Assembly (NCBI GenBank): GCA_964304625.1
Contig: OZ199840.1
Coordinates: forward strand, 10,487,220 to 10,551,219
Source of the DNA: Kudoa neothunni
Taxonomy: Eukaryota; Animalia; Cnidaria
Direction of reading: 5' to 3'
Length of the DNA: 64,000 nucleotides
Position 1 is the first letter of the stretch; each line of letters starts with the position of its first letter. The notes under the pieces were generated by a model. That model was not told the DNA's origin, did not search any database, and saw only the letters and a list, made by a program, of their open reading frames with translations. Position numbers and translations under genes: made by a program. Below, piece by piece: positions 42,039 through 56,055 of this stretch.

Positions 42039-44596
42039 ATTTGTTTACACAATAATCTTATAATACTAAGTTTTTTATCCTTAATTTATCTAAGTCTTCT
42101 TAATCCATATGAAATCAATAGAACAATAATATGAAGAAAAATCTTTGCTCGTTTTAAAGATAAAATTTAGAGAAAATAAGTTTTGTTTTGTGAGTATTGA
42201 ACTTGAAGTAATATCTAGCTAAAATTCCCCTTTTTTTATTAAGTAATCGGAATATAACTTACCGACTATATTCGTATACATCAATAATATTAACATAAAT
42301 CGATTTGACAATTAATAGAGGTCACTCAATAGTAACCGTTTAATTCATTTAAAAGGGCTTAATATTTAAGAGTCAGAAATATAGTTTCTGCATGGAAATA
42401 ACTCAAGTGAATTATATCAATGATTCTAAAAAGATGATCCAATCTAAACTGATTATTTAAGTAGAATAAAATCAATGAACAAAATTCTAAAATCTAATAA
42501 TTCCCGAATTATTTATTATTATACTTATTTAAGAACAAAATTAATTCTATTGGATACAATAAGATGATCGGTATTCAGCCTTTCCAGAGATCGTGTAATC
42601 AAATAACGAAAGTAATGTTTATAATCTGGCATATACAATCTTAAATCATGATTAAATCGGACCTCGCTTTATACAAAAGTTGAAGCGATCGAATCTTTCT
42701 ATTTATTAACCCACACAATCTACGGATTACATGCTGGTCGGACATAGTTAAAGTGCCAATTTATCTTATTATTCACTATTAATTACGGATAATAAATTTT
42801 TACACGTATAACAAAAGGATTATGTATGAGATAAGGAGCTCTCAAAACTAAATATATCATCTATTTAAGAATGATTCAATTTCTTAAAAGAGAACCACTG
42901 AGATTATAATTAAAATTGATATTAGCTTCGTAGTTTTATTTATTAAATTGTTAGAGATAATAAAATAAATTACTAACATAAACAATATTAAACATTTTGT
43001 GTTTTTAAAGGAATAATAACCTCTTATAAATTCCTACCGATATAAAGAAAAAGGCAGTTATACTTTGAAACTCAGTTGATTTCGAAAATAACTAACTTAA
43101 ACATATATTTGTTGTATCCAAAATTTTAACGATATAGTATGGTTTTTTGAAATTATTCGGCTAAAAAATAATTTTTTTATTTTATATGAATTTTTACCTT
43201 TTAATTTTTCTACAATTAAATACTTATTTAAAATAAAAATTCGAGTATAATAAACCCCAATTTCTTGATCAAGACCTCATATCATTTAAAAATATATCTT
43301 CTGCTAAATGTATCCATGTTTTACGAATTAAAAATGTGTCAATTAATTCTAATTTAATTCTTATTTAATAAGACTATGATTCGTTATTTATTTTTTTAGT
43401 TTTGATAAAATTAAACTTTGGAATAACTAAACAAAATTTCTTATGTAGAACCATTGAAATGATAACTAATGAAACTAAATAGCTCTATTTATGTATTTTA
43501 TAATTGGATACTATATAAAAACTAACAAAAAATAAGAAACTAAAAATAAATCGCACATTTCAAATGATTATTTGGTCTGAGCTTATAATTTTATTCTATG
43601 AAATAAATACAGTTGTGTCTCAATACTGGGTAATTTTCTCACTATAATGATATATTTATTGGTTCTTTAAATAAATCGGAAAAATATCAAAAAGTTAAAT
43701 GAAAACTTAATGTTGATATGGCAAAGCTTTACTTACACAAGAAAATTAGAATCGCATGTGAAAATATTCACGAAATACTTTCATACTGTTACCTACTTAG
43801 CACATAGCAATTGGGGTTAGTATGATAATGTTGATTCGAAGTATTTATTATATAAATATACTTTTAAATTAATTTTTATAATTTCAATTTTTAAGAAGTT
43901 TTAGTATCGAAAAAGTTACGTTCTATATAACTGACCTATGTCTCAATGTTTATATTTTCCAACCAATACCATCTAACAAACTAGAGTACCAAATTTCTCA
44001 TTATAAACTTCCTAGCCTAACGAAATGAAAGAAATATTAGTCATTAAATATGAAAGATACTTTTATTAGATATCTAAAAGAATAATTCCAAAACTAAATT
44101 ACAAAATTAAGGTTTACACACGCGCCACAAATTTCTAACCAAAAATTTTATTAAATATTAGAAAGTAATTCAAGTATCTTTATACATGTAATAACTAGGG
44201 TAAACAAATGTTCTTATAATAAAGATGCCAACGTATAAAAATATGAAGATTAAAATTATTAACGACACCCCGCTCAATCAAGCTCAATAAAGGTTTGAAA
44301 CACGAAAAAATCAACACCAACGATCCAAAAATTAAATGTTAATAATGATAAATTTCATACGGGTATTGATATGAAATATACGTTTAAATTCAACTCAATT
44401 GAAAAACAGGTAATGAGGTTGAAAAACGCCTTAAAGAAATCATTTGAAAATAGTTTTCCCTACTTTGCAAGCCGTAGGTAAGTAAACAGTATAGTCAAGT
44501 TGGTGCAATGTAAGAAAAACAAAAAATCATTTTATATTGTTTTCATAAAAAACACCGAAAAAGCATAACTAATATAAAACAGTTGAAAAATACAGG

Positions 44597-47500
44597 CTAG
44601 GAATTCTTCTTATTGAATTCCGAAAGGATCCAGTTGATAACAGTATCGTTAGCATTTGATGCATCATTCGAAACCAAACTAAAATGTACAAAACCATGAG
44701 GCAGACCTTCGACTACATTGAGTTCGAAAGGAGCTTTATTCTTTTTGAGTTTTTTGCAAAATTCGACTGAATCATCAAGAAGTGGATCAACATTTGAGAC
44801 CTAGCAATAGATGGTAGAGAGAGTTTGAAACAAAACGATAAATCAAACGAAATCATCATACTATAATATAGGATTTAGGGAATTTTTTAATAAGATGATC
44901 AGGAGTGAAAAAAGGAGATATGTGGTGATGACGGCAAACTTGTTTTTTTATTTCTGTCCAACCCCATTGTTGCTGAAGCATAAACATATCCGAATTGAGG
45001 GGAACTTGATTGTTTATAACTGGATCCTTTTTTGGAGAGTTTTCACTCACGAAACTACAATCGTTGGACGAGGAAAAAAAGCTATTGGTAATCTCACCAG
45101 ATTTGATTTGGGTTTGTTTCAATCGGTCATGGTATTTTTTTATGCGTTTGGAGGTGGAGTTTTCATTTTTTAGATTTGTTGCTAAATCATCGGAAGGTGA
45201 TTTATTGGGGCATTTCGCTTGGATTTTACTTCTCCCCATCTCCGCTGTATCCTGATCCCCATCGACCTCCTCGGTTAATGAAAGGTTACTCATTTTTTCC
45301 AAACAGGAACTACTAAGAACTTTAGAAATATTGTGTACATTCGGTTGAACAGTCTTAAATGGAAGAGGACAATCGTCGGTTTCAAAAGGGATTGTTAGTG
45401 ATTCAGTGCAATCAAACAACTCGACCTCATTGTCCGAGATATACGAAGACAGGCACAACTTTAGCACTTCTGCAGACAATAATATGTCGCATATACTTAG
45501 AATACGAGACGGTGTGATGGTAGGTTGGAGAGATAATACTGGATAGATAGCAACAATGAAATCTGGCACTCTGATTCCCGCTTCGATAGCTTTATTTACG
45601 ACTCCATATATGAGGTTTCCGCCTATTAGTCAGTCATTAGTCAGACAAATTATTTAAGAAATCAATTATCAAATCAGTAATTTAATTTTCAAAATAAATA
45701 CACAAATAAATTCTCCCTGTAATATGCACGATAAGAAAGAATTCCATTTCAGCTAATATCGTTAAGTTTCTAATCAGAAAAGTAAAAAATTGTAAAACTT
45801 ATGTTTTATCTTTTTAAATAAACTGTGGTAGATTTCTACACCAAATGAATTTTGCCAACGATATTCTAGCACAGTGGTTCTTAACCTTTCTTCCTTGCGG
45901 ACCCCTTATGCGTTCGATGAACTTATCACGAACCCCATCTTGTTTTAATGCACATAAATATTGTAACCTTTTCTTCATCATTGTTCATTTCATAGGAGGG
46001 ATTAAAAATTATTTATTTTTAACAAAATAAAATTCGAATTGTATATAATTCTAATATTAATTTAGTTTAAAACTCTCGATGCAAAAAAATTTAGGAATGA
46101 AAAACGCTCTTATAACAATCAAAATATTTTTGCCATATACAAACTCTATTTTTGTTAATGATTATGTTTAATAAAATTAAAGGGTAAAAACGTAGGGTGT
46201 TTTATACAGTAGGCAATCGATTTTCCGTAATCCCCTTGGAACCAGAGAAAAGATACTGAAAATGCATCACCCACGGATTTTACGTACTTTTGATGTGTGC
46301 TCAGACAATTAACATATTTTATATTAAAGTAATATAATAAAGTAAACAATTATAAATTATTGGAAATATTTTTATATTTTTAACATAACTTGAAGTAAAG
46401 CTGGTGGCTATACATTTAAATCATTATCTTTTTCAATAACGTGGTTTTAACCGAAATACTCATGTAGTTGGACTTTGAAAAATAAATTATTCGTTTATCG
46501 CGAGATGGTAATAAAACTACTGAATTTTTTGAAAAATACGATAATGATGTTATATGATTTAGTTTCATGCTTAAAAGCTGAGCTACAGAAATATAGATAT
46601 AAATTGTAAACAATATTTTTGAAATTATTATTTTAATATTCCATCAAAATCACTTTCGCTTTCTTATTTTACTCAAATTAAATAGATAAATTTTTATTAT
46701 CGTTAACATATCGTAAAGTATCGTGATGACCAATCAAAGGGCGATCTGAACAACTTCCAGAAATGTGCGCATACAATTAGCTCATAAATCATTTTAAATC
46801 TCTTTTCTAGGCGTGAATTGGATCCCAGGTGTAAATCCAAGTTTTTTCTTGAAAATTTGTAGATATTAAAATAATTTCCATAGTTTTGTTGATTGAACAG
46901 TACAGTTTTATAAAAAATGTACAAAAAACCCGCAGAAAATCTTGCAATAATATCACTCAATTTGTTTTATCATTTATGGTAACAGTTTTGAGTGCATAAA
47001 TGGCCACCTAAAAAATAAAGTATTTTTAAATTATGGCCCGACCTATAGCCATAGAATCTCCTAAAAGTAATCATTATTTTGCATTTAACTCCTTTACTAA
47101 TTTTTCTACACATTTAATTGTTTACAATGTTTTTAATCAATTATATACTATGGCATAAAAATTACTATTTGGTCCCTTTTCTAGAATTATTTTTTTGAAT
47201 GGATCCAAACACATTTTACGTGAGGAAATTAATTTGATGTTCTTTTTTAGGAGTTTTCAAAGTTGAAATAGGTACGCGATCAAAATCGTGAAATGTAAAG
47301 ACTTATCGGCTTCCATTAACGAATTTGTAAATAATGGAGAAATAATAAACTTTTCTTTATTTATAAATGATTTACAATCATATAACGTATGTAATAAGTG
47401 GAAGCGAAGGATTTTGAAAATTAAGGTTGGATCCAAAAAGTACGTAAAATAGATAATCTCCATTTTTTATAAAAAAACTTCTTTATAAATTGTTGTTCGC

Positions 47501-50500
47501 TTATAATTTTTGATTTTAATTGCACAAAATAAGCTTTAATAATTTATTAAAATAGTTTCTACTCGGATAATTAATTATATAAAAGAGAAGAAAATTTAAA
47601 AGTACGTAAAATCGGTTAGTACAGAAAATGGATTACCTATTCTATAGTAGAATGCGAGATTAATGCAAAAAACTCCATTTTTCACATAAATAATACACAT
47701 TAAAAGAATATTTCGCGCGATTTTTGTGGTTGCTTTCTATCAATAAATTCACAGAAATTTAACAAAATATTTGACTGAGCGACGCACAATTGATTTCGTG
47801 TTTTTGTTGTTATGGTAACCAGCACAGAAATATTATTTAGCAAAAATAGGCTGATATTAAAAGAATTAATCAGTCTAATTGCAGAGTCTGCAACATTGGG
47901 AAATATTTCTTGGATATTTTTAGTTTTTATCAAATAACCTATTGAAAAACTTTAGTTTTTATAGATTGCTTTACAAAATAAATTAAACACATCGAAATTT
48001 TGTAATGAATATAAACTGTTTATAAGAAACAATAACGCAAAGGTATATTTGAAATTTTTAATAATTATAGTAATATTAAAATATACCTAATTATAATGAA
48101 TGTACGACGATAAAATTGGATGCAGATTTTGTTGAAATCACTCGAGAACCAAAACACCCCAGGTTAAGAACCACTGCCTTAAAGTATATATAAATTTGGC
48201 AGTGGCTATTGCAACGAGAGGAAATTACTCCAAAAATAACATGTTTATTAAAATTTCAACATAATTTTCCTAATAAATGATTTTTTCGCTAAAAAATTAA
48301 ACTATTATAAAAAAAATATAAGACAACAAATTTTTTTATTTTACGGTAATGAATTCAATGGTTAAAAATTATTATTAAATCCGTCATTAGCATGTTTAAT
48401 TTATAAATGTAATTATATTTGTCTCAATTCAGAGTAATATGGATAATCCAAAGTGAAGTATCAAAAATTACTAGTGTAAATTTACTGGAGTTCGCATGAT
48501 TCAAGCAGCGCTATAACTCCTAAGATGATAAATAATGCACTGATTACATAACCCCTAAAATGTTATATTTTTACTTATGCGGGTCTAATATTCTACATAT
48601 TAAATGATTTATCTTTTCGCTATATAACGATATATTATGTTTATCATATTGCAATATATCTGGTTATTAATAAAACAAACGAAATTTTTTATTTCCACTG
48701 ATAATCGTTATTTCAAGCATATTTTTTATTTTTTTTCTCTTTATAGAGCTACCAACAACTGTTAATGTAGACGTTCAGCACACTTTATTTTAGTTGGACA
48801 AGATAACACCAAATCATAATAAATGAGCTCACGATAATTTATACACATCCTAAGATATTGAAATGTTTTTCAAAATTACTAGGAATTATTCTTCCAACAA
48901 CAAAAAATAGGTTGTTATGTCTTAAGACCAAGCTGGTGGTTTATCTGATGAGAGTTCAATAATAGTATTTTAATTTTACAAATCTAAATCTCCATTTACA
49001 AATAATGCTTATAGACTTATTGTTTGAGAATATTTCGCTTAACTGAATCTAATTTATCCCGCCGAAATGCTTAGATACTAAATATGTACAAAGTTGAGTA
49101 AGTGATATTACATCAATTTAAAATTTCATCCAATTTATTATTTTTATTGTTTCTTAATAACATTAATAACTACAATATGTTTAGCCGATAATCAGTTTTC
49201 AAGACCCCTCTCTCAACATAACATAAATCAATCTAAATCAAAATAAAAAATTATTATCGATTTTATAAATTAAGTCTTAGATAATAGCGCGTGTTCCTGC
49301 ACTTGGTAATTCACATTACAGAAAGCACACGATATACAACAGTAAATTTTTGCAATTACAATAGTATTATAGTTTCAGAGAGCTTATGTTATTAGTTCTG
49401 TGATCTATAAAATCTTAACGACGTTATATAATGACTCAATTTCCAGTAAAAGTCTTAAAAATTCCACATACTATCTTTCCCAAAAATTATAAATTATTTA
49501 GCGAAAAAAATCATTTATTAGGAAAATGAAGTTGAAATTATAATAAACATGTTGGTTTAGGAGTGATTTCCTCCCGTTGCAATAGTGACTGCCTATAAAT
49601 TTAGCTTCAAAATTAAGGAGATCAATTTGTAATTTTCAATAGATAAAGGAGGATAATTTAAATAAATTATTAAAAACTTCTGATTTAGATTATATAGGGG
49701 AGAATTTCAACTAATTAAATAATGATAATTCACAATTATAATGCCAACAAATCTACTCACCCGCAGAATCACCAACGATACCTATTTTCTTGGCGCAGCT
49801 CCCCAACATATTGTGATGACGAAGCGTCCAACAGTAGGCATAGAAACATTCATCAACAGCGGAAGGAAAAGGAGATTGAGGAGCTTTGGAGTAGTCAATC
49901 GAGATAATAGGGGCATTTAATTTTTTCCCCCAATTTTTCAAATAGACCTACAAAAAACAACGATAAACAAAAGTGCTAATTTGTTGGTTGGTCGATTGGA
50001 TTAAACCTACTCCATGTGACTTGGGAGTCTGAGCAAGGAAACCACCTCCAGGACAATGAAACAAAAGATGGTCACAATTTGGTTCCAGTTCCTGAGGAAA
50101 CAGTATATCAAGGGCGGTTTTATCTCGGAAGGTTTTCTATTGGTGAATATATCAGAGCAATGTCTACACATATAGTTGGTGTGATAACAAAAAGAATACA
50201 TGGCCTTCGCGCAATTTAGAACAATATAAGCGAGCATTTAAATGAGATTTATTCGGAGGAGGTTTGAGAACAAAAGTTGATGTGCTATTTCCGGATTCCG
50301 CGTCATTAATTGAATTTAGTTTTGGCACTTCAATGGTATTTGTGGTAGGAATTTTGAATGAGGTGTCGATCGCCAAGAAAGGACCCATCAAATCGGTGAA
50401 AACCTGCCCATAACAAATTACAAAATTCCAAAAATAACACACAAACAAGACATTCAAGATAATGTGGAATCATACGACAATACAGAACTGAATTATTGTG

Positions 50501-51600
50501 CAATAATGAAAGCAAATACCGTTAGATTGTAATCTTCACTAATCGACCAAAAAGATTTGATAAATTCAAGACTGGGAGAGGAGAGCAATGATTTCAATCG
50601 CTCACCACGTTTCTCTCTGTTATTCGAATACATTGAACTGAATGCGATAGTGGTTACAGCTCGACCAAACTTGTTAGAGGTTTTGTCGAGGGCATCAGCA
50701 AATCCCGCCATGGCATTTGCAACATTGTTCATCGGTAATCTCATACTATCTTTGAACTATTCAAAAAAATGGATTAGATGTTCGAAGCACAAATTTTTGT
50801 TTATAGTAAAAAATTGGAGCACGATTTAGTGCAACCAAAAATCGCCTCCAATATTAAAATAATAAATTCGTTTACATAAAACCCAAGCAAATTTCCATAA
50901 AACACTTTATCTATGAACAGTTCGGTTTCGTACATAATTTTATTGATGGGATCATCAATGTTGACAAACAACGATTTCGAATGATCGTCTACAACAACAG
51001 AAATAATCTCCGCTCAAAAACAACACCCTAACTCATTTGAATCTCACCAGAATTATCATTTTCCAATTTGTTCAGTAGAATTTTCTCACCCAATTTCAAC
51101 ATAAAATACACAGTGCATAATAAATCTCTAATATTTTGAAATCTTTGCTCGTAAACCAATTTATTGAAAAAGAAAAGTTTTTTCCGTTTTTTATATTTGG
51201 AGATTGTCACCGTGGTTAAATCGATCGATTGTTCAGCAAGATAACACAAACTCCGAAATCCATTGTGCTGAACATGGGGACAACAATCGAACTCAGTAAG
51301 ATGTTGTTGGATCCGATCATACGGATCCTTAATCATCACAATCAAACTGAGAATCCTCTCCAAACAATCCATAACAATCACATCTGGACTCTCACCAACA
51401 TTCAACGAGGTGTTCAAAATGTGCACTTCCACTGATAACTTGGTGATTGTTTCATTGAGTTTGGAGGCTTTGTGTACCGGCTTTGTGGTGATCATTGGTC
51501 GATTGGAGTCGGTTATGAAAATACGTCGAAATAAGTAAAAATTTGCGTAACGATTGAATCGACTCAGCACTCGCCCATTCATCGACCAATATCGCCACAT
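44597..51600 (-). CDS. LIPE: Hormone-sensitive lipase (multi-exon; 4.1-kb intron 45623-49760); start may be as far up as 51765
   Basis: HSL N-domain (FDCCPHVQHNGFRSL, CLGF, FIKSFWSISE), HCPGGGFLAQTPKSH, SIDYSKAPQSPFP..ECFYAYCW, GDSAG|GNL, SPFFTPD, DPLLDDSVEF, GLPHGF. Confidence 0.93.
45872..48176 (-). mobile_element. Non-autonomous hAT (Charlie/Buster-like) element inside the LIPE intron
   Basis: Perfect 16-bp TIRs CAGTGGTTCTTAACCT / AGGTTAAGAACCACTG; ORF 47700-47933 (FPNVADSAIRL..TKTRNQL..KQPQKS) resembles the hAT C-terminal dimerisation region; 8-bp TSD not conserved. Confidence 0.75.
48198..49593. mobile_element. Mutator-like (MULE) non-autonomous element inside the LIPE intron
   Basis: About 95-bp imperfect TIRs beginning GGCAGT..CTATTGCAACG; exact 9-bp TSD TATAAATTT at 48189-48197 and 49594-49602. 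Confidence 0.85.
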
Positions 51601-52502
51601 CCCATCGTCTTCTAAGTCATCGTTTTGATTCGTTACCTCCCAATCGAAGTGTTATTTTTGTAATTTTATAGGATACACTATTTTTCCGTTATCATTCAAT
51701 TGATCGAATCGGTTGTTGTTCTCTTGTCGAACTAGGTCATCAATTGATCCGCTGAATCGACCCATCTCGTTGTTGCTATTTCATCTCAATCTAACCCTTC
51801 AATTTGTTTATTTGGATTCTTAAAAATTAATCTATTCAAATAATGAACAACATTAATTTAGAGGTGGGAAATAAATGAATAAACATTTGAGTAATGTGAT
51901 TAAACCATTATCCTACTCATCTCAACATACGTGCTAATTCTAATATTGTGATAATTTCCAAGATAAATTAAAGTAGGCAACTGGTTGTGAAAAATCTTAG
52001 TACGTTGTAAAAAAGAGTGTAAAATCAGCCCAAAACTGAGGTTAAATATAAATACTGCGTGCGCGTTTGATAATTAAATATTATATTTTTAACGCTTAAC
52101 AATAAAATTAAATTCCCAATCAATGAGAAAATATATTTTTTATAACGAGGAGATACAATATGTGGGGACGGGAAATGTTTATGTAATAATTTTTGGGGAA
52201 GATTTGATATTTTTGATTGTTTCGTATGAAACCAAGTGATGTCGTATGTCGTTTTTAAGATTTGAAAGAATTAGTAAGCGAACAATGTGGGATTCCAAAA
52301 TAATTTTTTAAATTCATTGAATAACTTGGTGGTATCTTTAAAATTCATAATTTGGATATCCCGGGATTTATCTTCAAACACTTCCTCATCATACTTAACG
52401 AAATCAATAGAATTATCTTGGTTACGTAAATCAGATGTAGAATAGTAGTTGTAAAAGAGGAGGCATTACATCTTGGTGTCGATCCAATTATTTCACCATT
52501 AA

Positions 52503-53589
52503 CCCTCTAATGCACTAAAAATCGACTGCATTTGGATGAATTTTGGGGTAAAAAATTAACCCATATTTTTATTTCTCCATTCGAATCATAAAATATATCT
52601 AATTTCAGAAACCAAAAATAAGCAAAATCCCAAAGCTAGATTTAGCTGTAAACCCACTAACATCCAGAGTAATAATCCCCATAATCCTACGAAAACTGTG
52701 TTCGTTAAAATCCACCATGACAATTTTCGATTAAAGCTTAATGGTTGAGTAGATTTCGTAATCATGTCATGTAATAAATATTTTAATTATTATTTACTCA
52801 ACAAAATATAACATTCAATGAGAATAAGACCTACAAACACTCGGAATAAATTTTGCGACGATGTTTCGTACATCCGAAACAAACAGTAATGTGTTTCTTA
52901 TCAATCCTCCATTAACGGCATTCAAACCATGAAAATATTGTTCGTTGATTTGGTGTGCTGTGTTAAAGCGTAGTAATAGATAAGTTTGAACTATTAGGAT
53001 TTTTGGTTTCAAGGATGTTTCTTTTCATTAATCATTGATGGAAAGATATACTAACTTTCTCATCATATTATTTCCAGGTTTTTTAATATGGAAACACATA
53101 TATAAATAATAAATCTATTAAATAGAAAAACACCACCATAGGTGGTCATTATTGATTTCTGAATTGACCCATATATTTAAAAATTCCAATCGCGTCAGAT
53201 TCTTACGGCATATTAGTTGTAATATATTCATAATCGTTTTAAAGGAATTTGACTCATCATTTCAACCTCTTTCGCAATGATAAAATTTAAAACGAAAGTC
53301 ACGTGGGCATTGGTATTGGTAATAACAGTATAACTTCAAATTTATTCATCCGATTAACTTAAAATTTTATTTCTATATTAACTATTATTTTACCCCAAAA
53401 ATTCAATGGAGTGTAAATGTTGGAATTTTTGTGATTTCATATCTTCAGTCGTAATATTTTAAAATCATATATTTCTCACCTTTTTGGAAGATTAGAATAA
53501 AACTCATATCCTACAAAGAGAAAGCAAATGACGTATACAACTAATAACTTCTTGTTGGGGGAAAATTTTACCCCAAATTCATTAGAGAG
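52503..53589. mobile_element. piggyBac-type MITE
   Basis: TTAA on both sides (52499-52502, 53590-53593); ends CCCTCTAATG / CATTAGAGAG; inverted subterminal repeats GAATTTTGGGGTAAAA / TTTTACCCCAAATTC. Confidence 0.8.
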
Positions 53590-56055
53590 TTAATATGTTG
53601 AGCGTTTTGGAGTGCAATACTGTTTTTCCACAATAATATGATCTTATGATATTCTAGTGCTAATTCTTAATGTATGACTCAATAAAATCTGGATATTCTA
53701 AATTGTATAACAAAATATTTATTAAGCATGTACATATGGAGATTTTATTGTCGTTTATCTTGATTTTTAAAGAAAAAAATAAATATTTTTATCAAATTTT
53801 ATGTTCCACATCGGATTTCTCATAATAAAAATAATATTTTGTCTATTTATGAAAGGATTCTTTAAATTTTGTTACATGAGCTAAATGTTGCATAGAAAAC
53901 TGTGGCTTTAACAAATTTGAGACCCAATATCCGTTATTGAAATAAGCAAAATATAAGAACGGTTGTATATTGTGGAAAAACACACTAGACCCTAAATATA
54001 TTTCGATAAGATTTTCTATATTTAACGAAGTTAAAAATGAAACTTGAATATTAAAATCGTTTATTTTATAAAATTATTAAAGTTACGGAAGATAAAATAT
54101 ACTTAGTACATTTGATGCTTTTCGAGTTCAATGAAACCCCACAATTTTAATATTTATGAAACCGTAAAAAACTATTTTATTCTTTATATTAAAATTAAAA
54201 CATAGTTTGTCGTGCATATAAAGAGAAAATATAGAAACAAGGATCTACGATAATCTGTGAGTAATGCCGAAACGGTCCATATAAGGTAAGTTATGGCCAC
54301 TTCGGATGATATATTTTATGAAAATCATGAAAACGATAGCAGTAAATTCTTCAATATGTAAAAATAAAATTACTATTTGTCAGATTCTTTGAATCCAATG
54401 AAAATGATATCGATTACCGTGAGGTATACTCCAGCAAATGGCGTAATATAATATACTGAATTCCTGAAAACATCAAAAGTATGCAAAAATAGTGTTATGA
54501 ACGATGCGCTGGATGCTACTTGTTATGTAATACATAGAATAAAAGGATTTCCGGATTTCTTAGATAAATTTTTGGTGATGAATTGTATATCATAAAATGG
54601 AATACAAATAAAATTAAATCTAAATCATCACGGTGAATCTTGGGAACAGTAGTCAAATGTGGAATTTTACGTCTACATAAATTTACTGATTTATATTGCA
54701 ATATTCAAATCTAGATAGAATTATTTGACATTTTCATATTATAATTTTCATTGTGACATGAGTATAATATATTATGTGGAAATTATTAATTTAAATTATT
54801 TAAAAAGTAAAAATTGTCAGGAAAACATGAACATTAAATAAAAATCATATTCTTGTGTATCAAAGCCACTTAATAATTCCACGCATTCTTAAAAATCCGT
54901 TGCATTTTTAGTTTTTACCTGATTTGTAAAGAATGGCTAAATAAAATCACTATGTTTACACAAATCAATGTTTGCGCATGCCCGTCAATTTTAACATCAA
55001 CACCTCATTTTAAAAACTATTCCATATCTAATGATATTTTAAGATTAAGATTTTATAAAGAGGTGCAACAGATTGAGGTTTAGTATATATATTTTTGTTT
55101 TCCTGAATTATATAGATTATATAATTATACTTCATGAAAATAATGATTTATTAGATGACACAACGATAATCCCTCTTTAATTTATTTAAATTAATCTCCT
55201 TATGTTAACAATATATGTGAATATTTTTAAATTACGACAAGTTATAAATTTACAAACATCTTTGATAGAATTTATTACAAATAAGCCCCTAATATTTATT
55301 CTTTTGGTTGAAATTGCGCAACTTCAAACATTTGAATTTTATTGTAGTGTAATATTTAGACAAACTTATTTTCAATTTTTTTGTACAATAGTAAAAATTA
55401 CTTTAACATTTTTAATTAATTTGGAAGGAAGTTAGAAAGTAGAACACCACGTAGATGCAATGGTTTCTCTTGGTTATTTAAATAAATATTAGGCACGAAA
55501 GGATTATGACCTTATTTTGAAAAATACTCTTAGTTGGTCTGTATTAATTGTTCAACCAAGAATAAAATTTACTATGTTATTATCTGTGCTGTTCTATCAA
55601 TTCATCTTAATTAGTTGGATATTAATATCAATTAAAATTTATGTTACTTAAACATTCTTCAAAATTAATTCACATCATTAATCAATTATATCAAATTTAT
55701 CTCGTGAATATTTTTAAATTATTATCTTTAATAATTTAATAAACTACAAAATTTAATGTACCCCACCAACCACCAAATGCATAACATATACAGATTTTTC
55801 GTGTATTGTTGCTTAATACACATACCTATTCGAATTTTAATTCCAAAGTTATAAAATATTATATGTTGTTAAATCTATCTTGGTATCTAAAACTCATAAT
55901 ACAATAAACTGAATTCAATTTAGCCCCACAAACAATTCGAAAGTTTAAAACGGACCAATTTGTGAAAAAAACACAGATCAAAATAAATTATATCGTAAAT
56001 ATCATCGTACACTAAACAGGTCAAAATTGCACGCGAGCCATCAAACACAATGTAT

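Noticed and set aside
40000-43000. LTRs, PBS or pol around the gag ORF
   Set aside because: No direct repeat pair or protease/RT motif found by eye; a dot-plot is needed to exclude highly decayed LTRs
44895-45255. Plus-strand ORFs over LIPE
   Set aside because: Antisense to a coding exon
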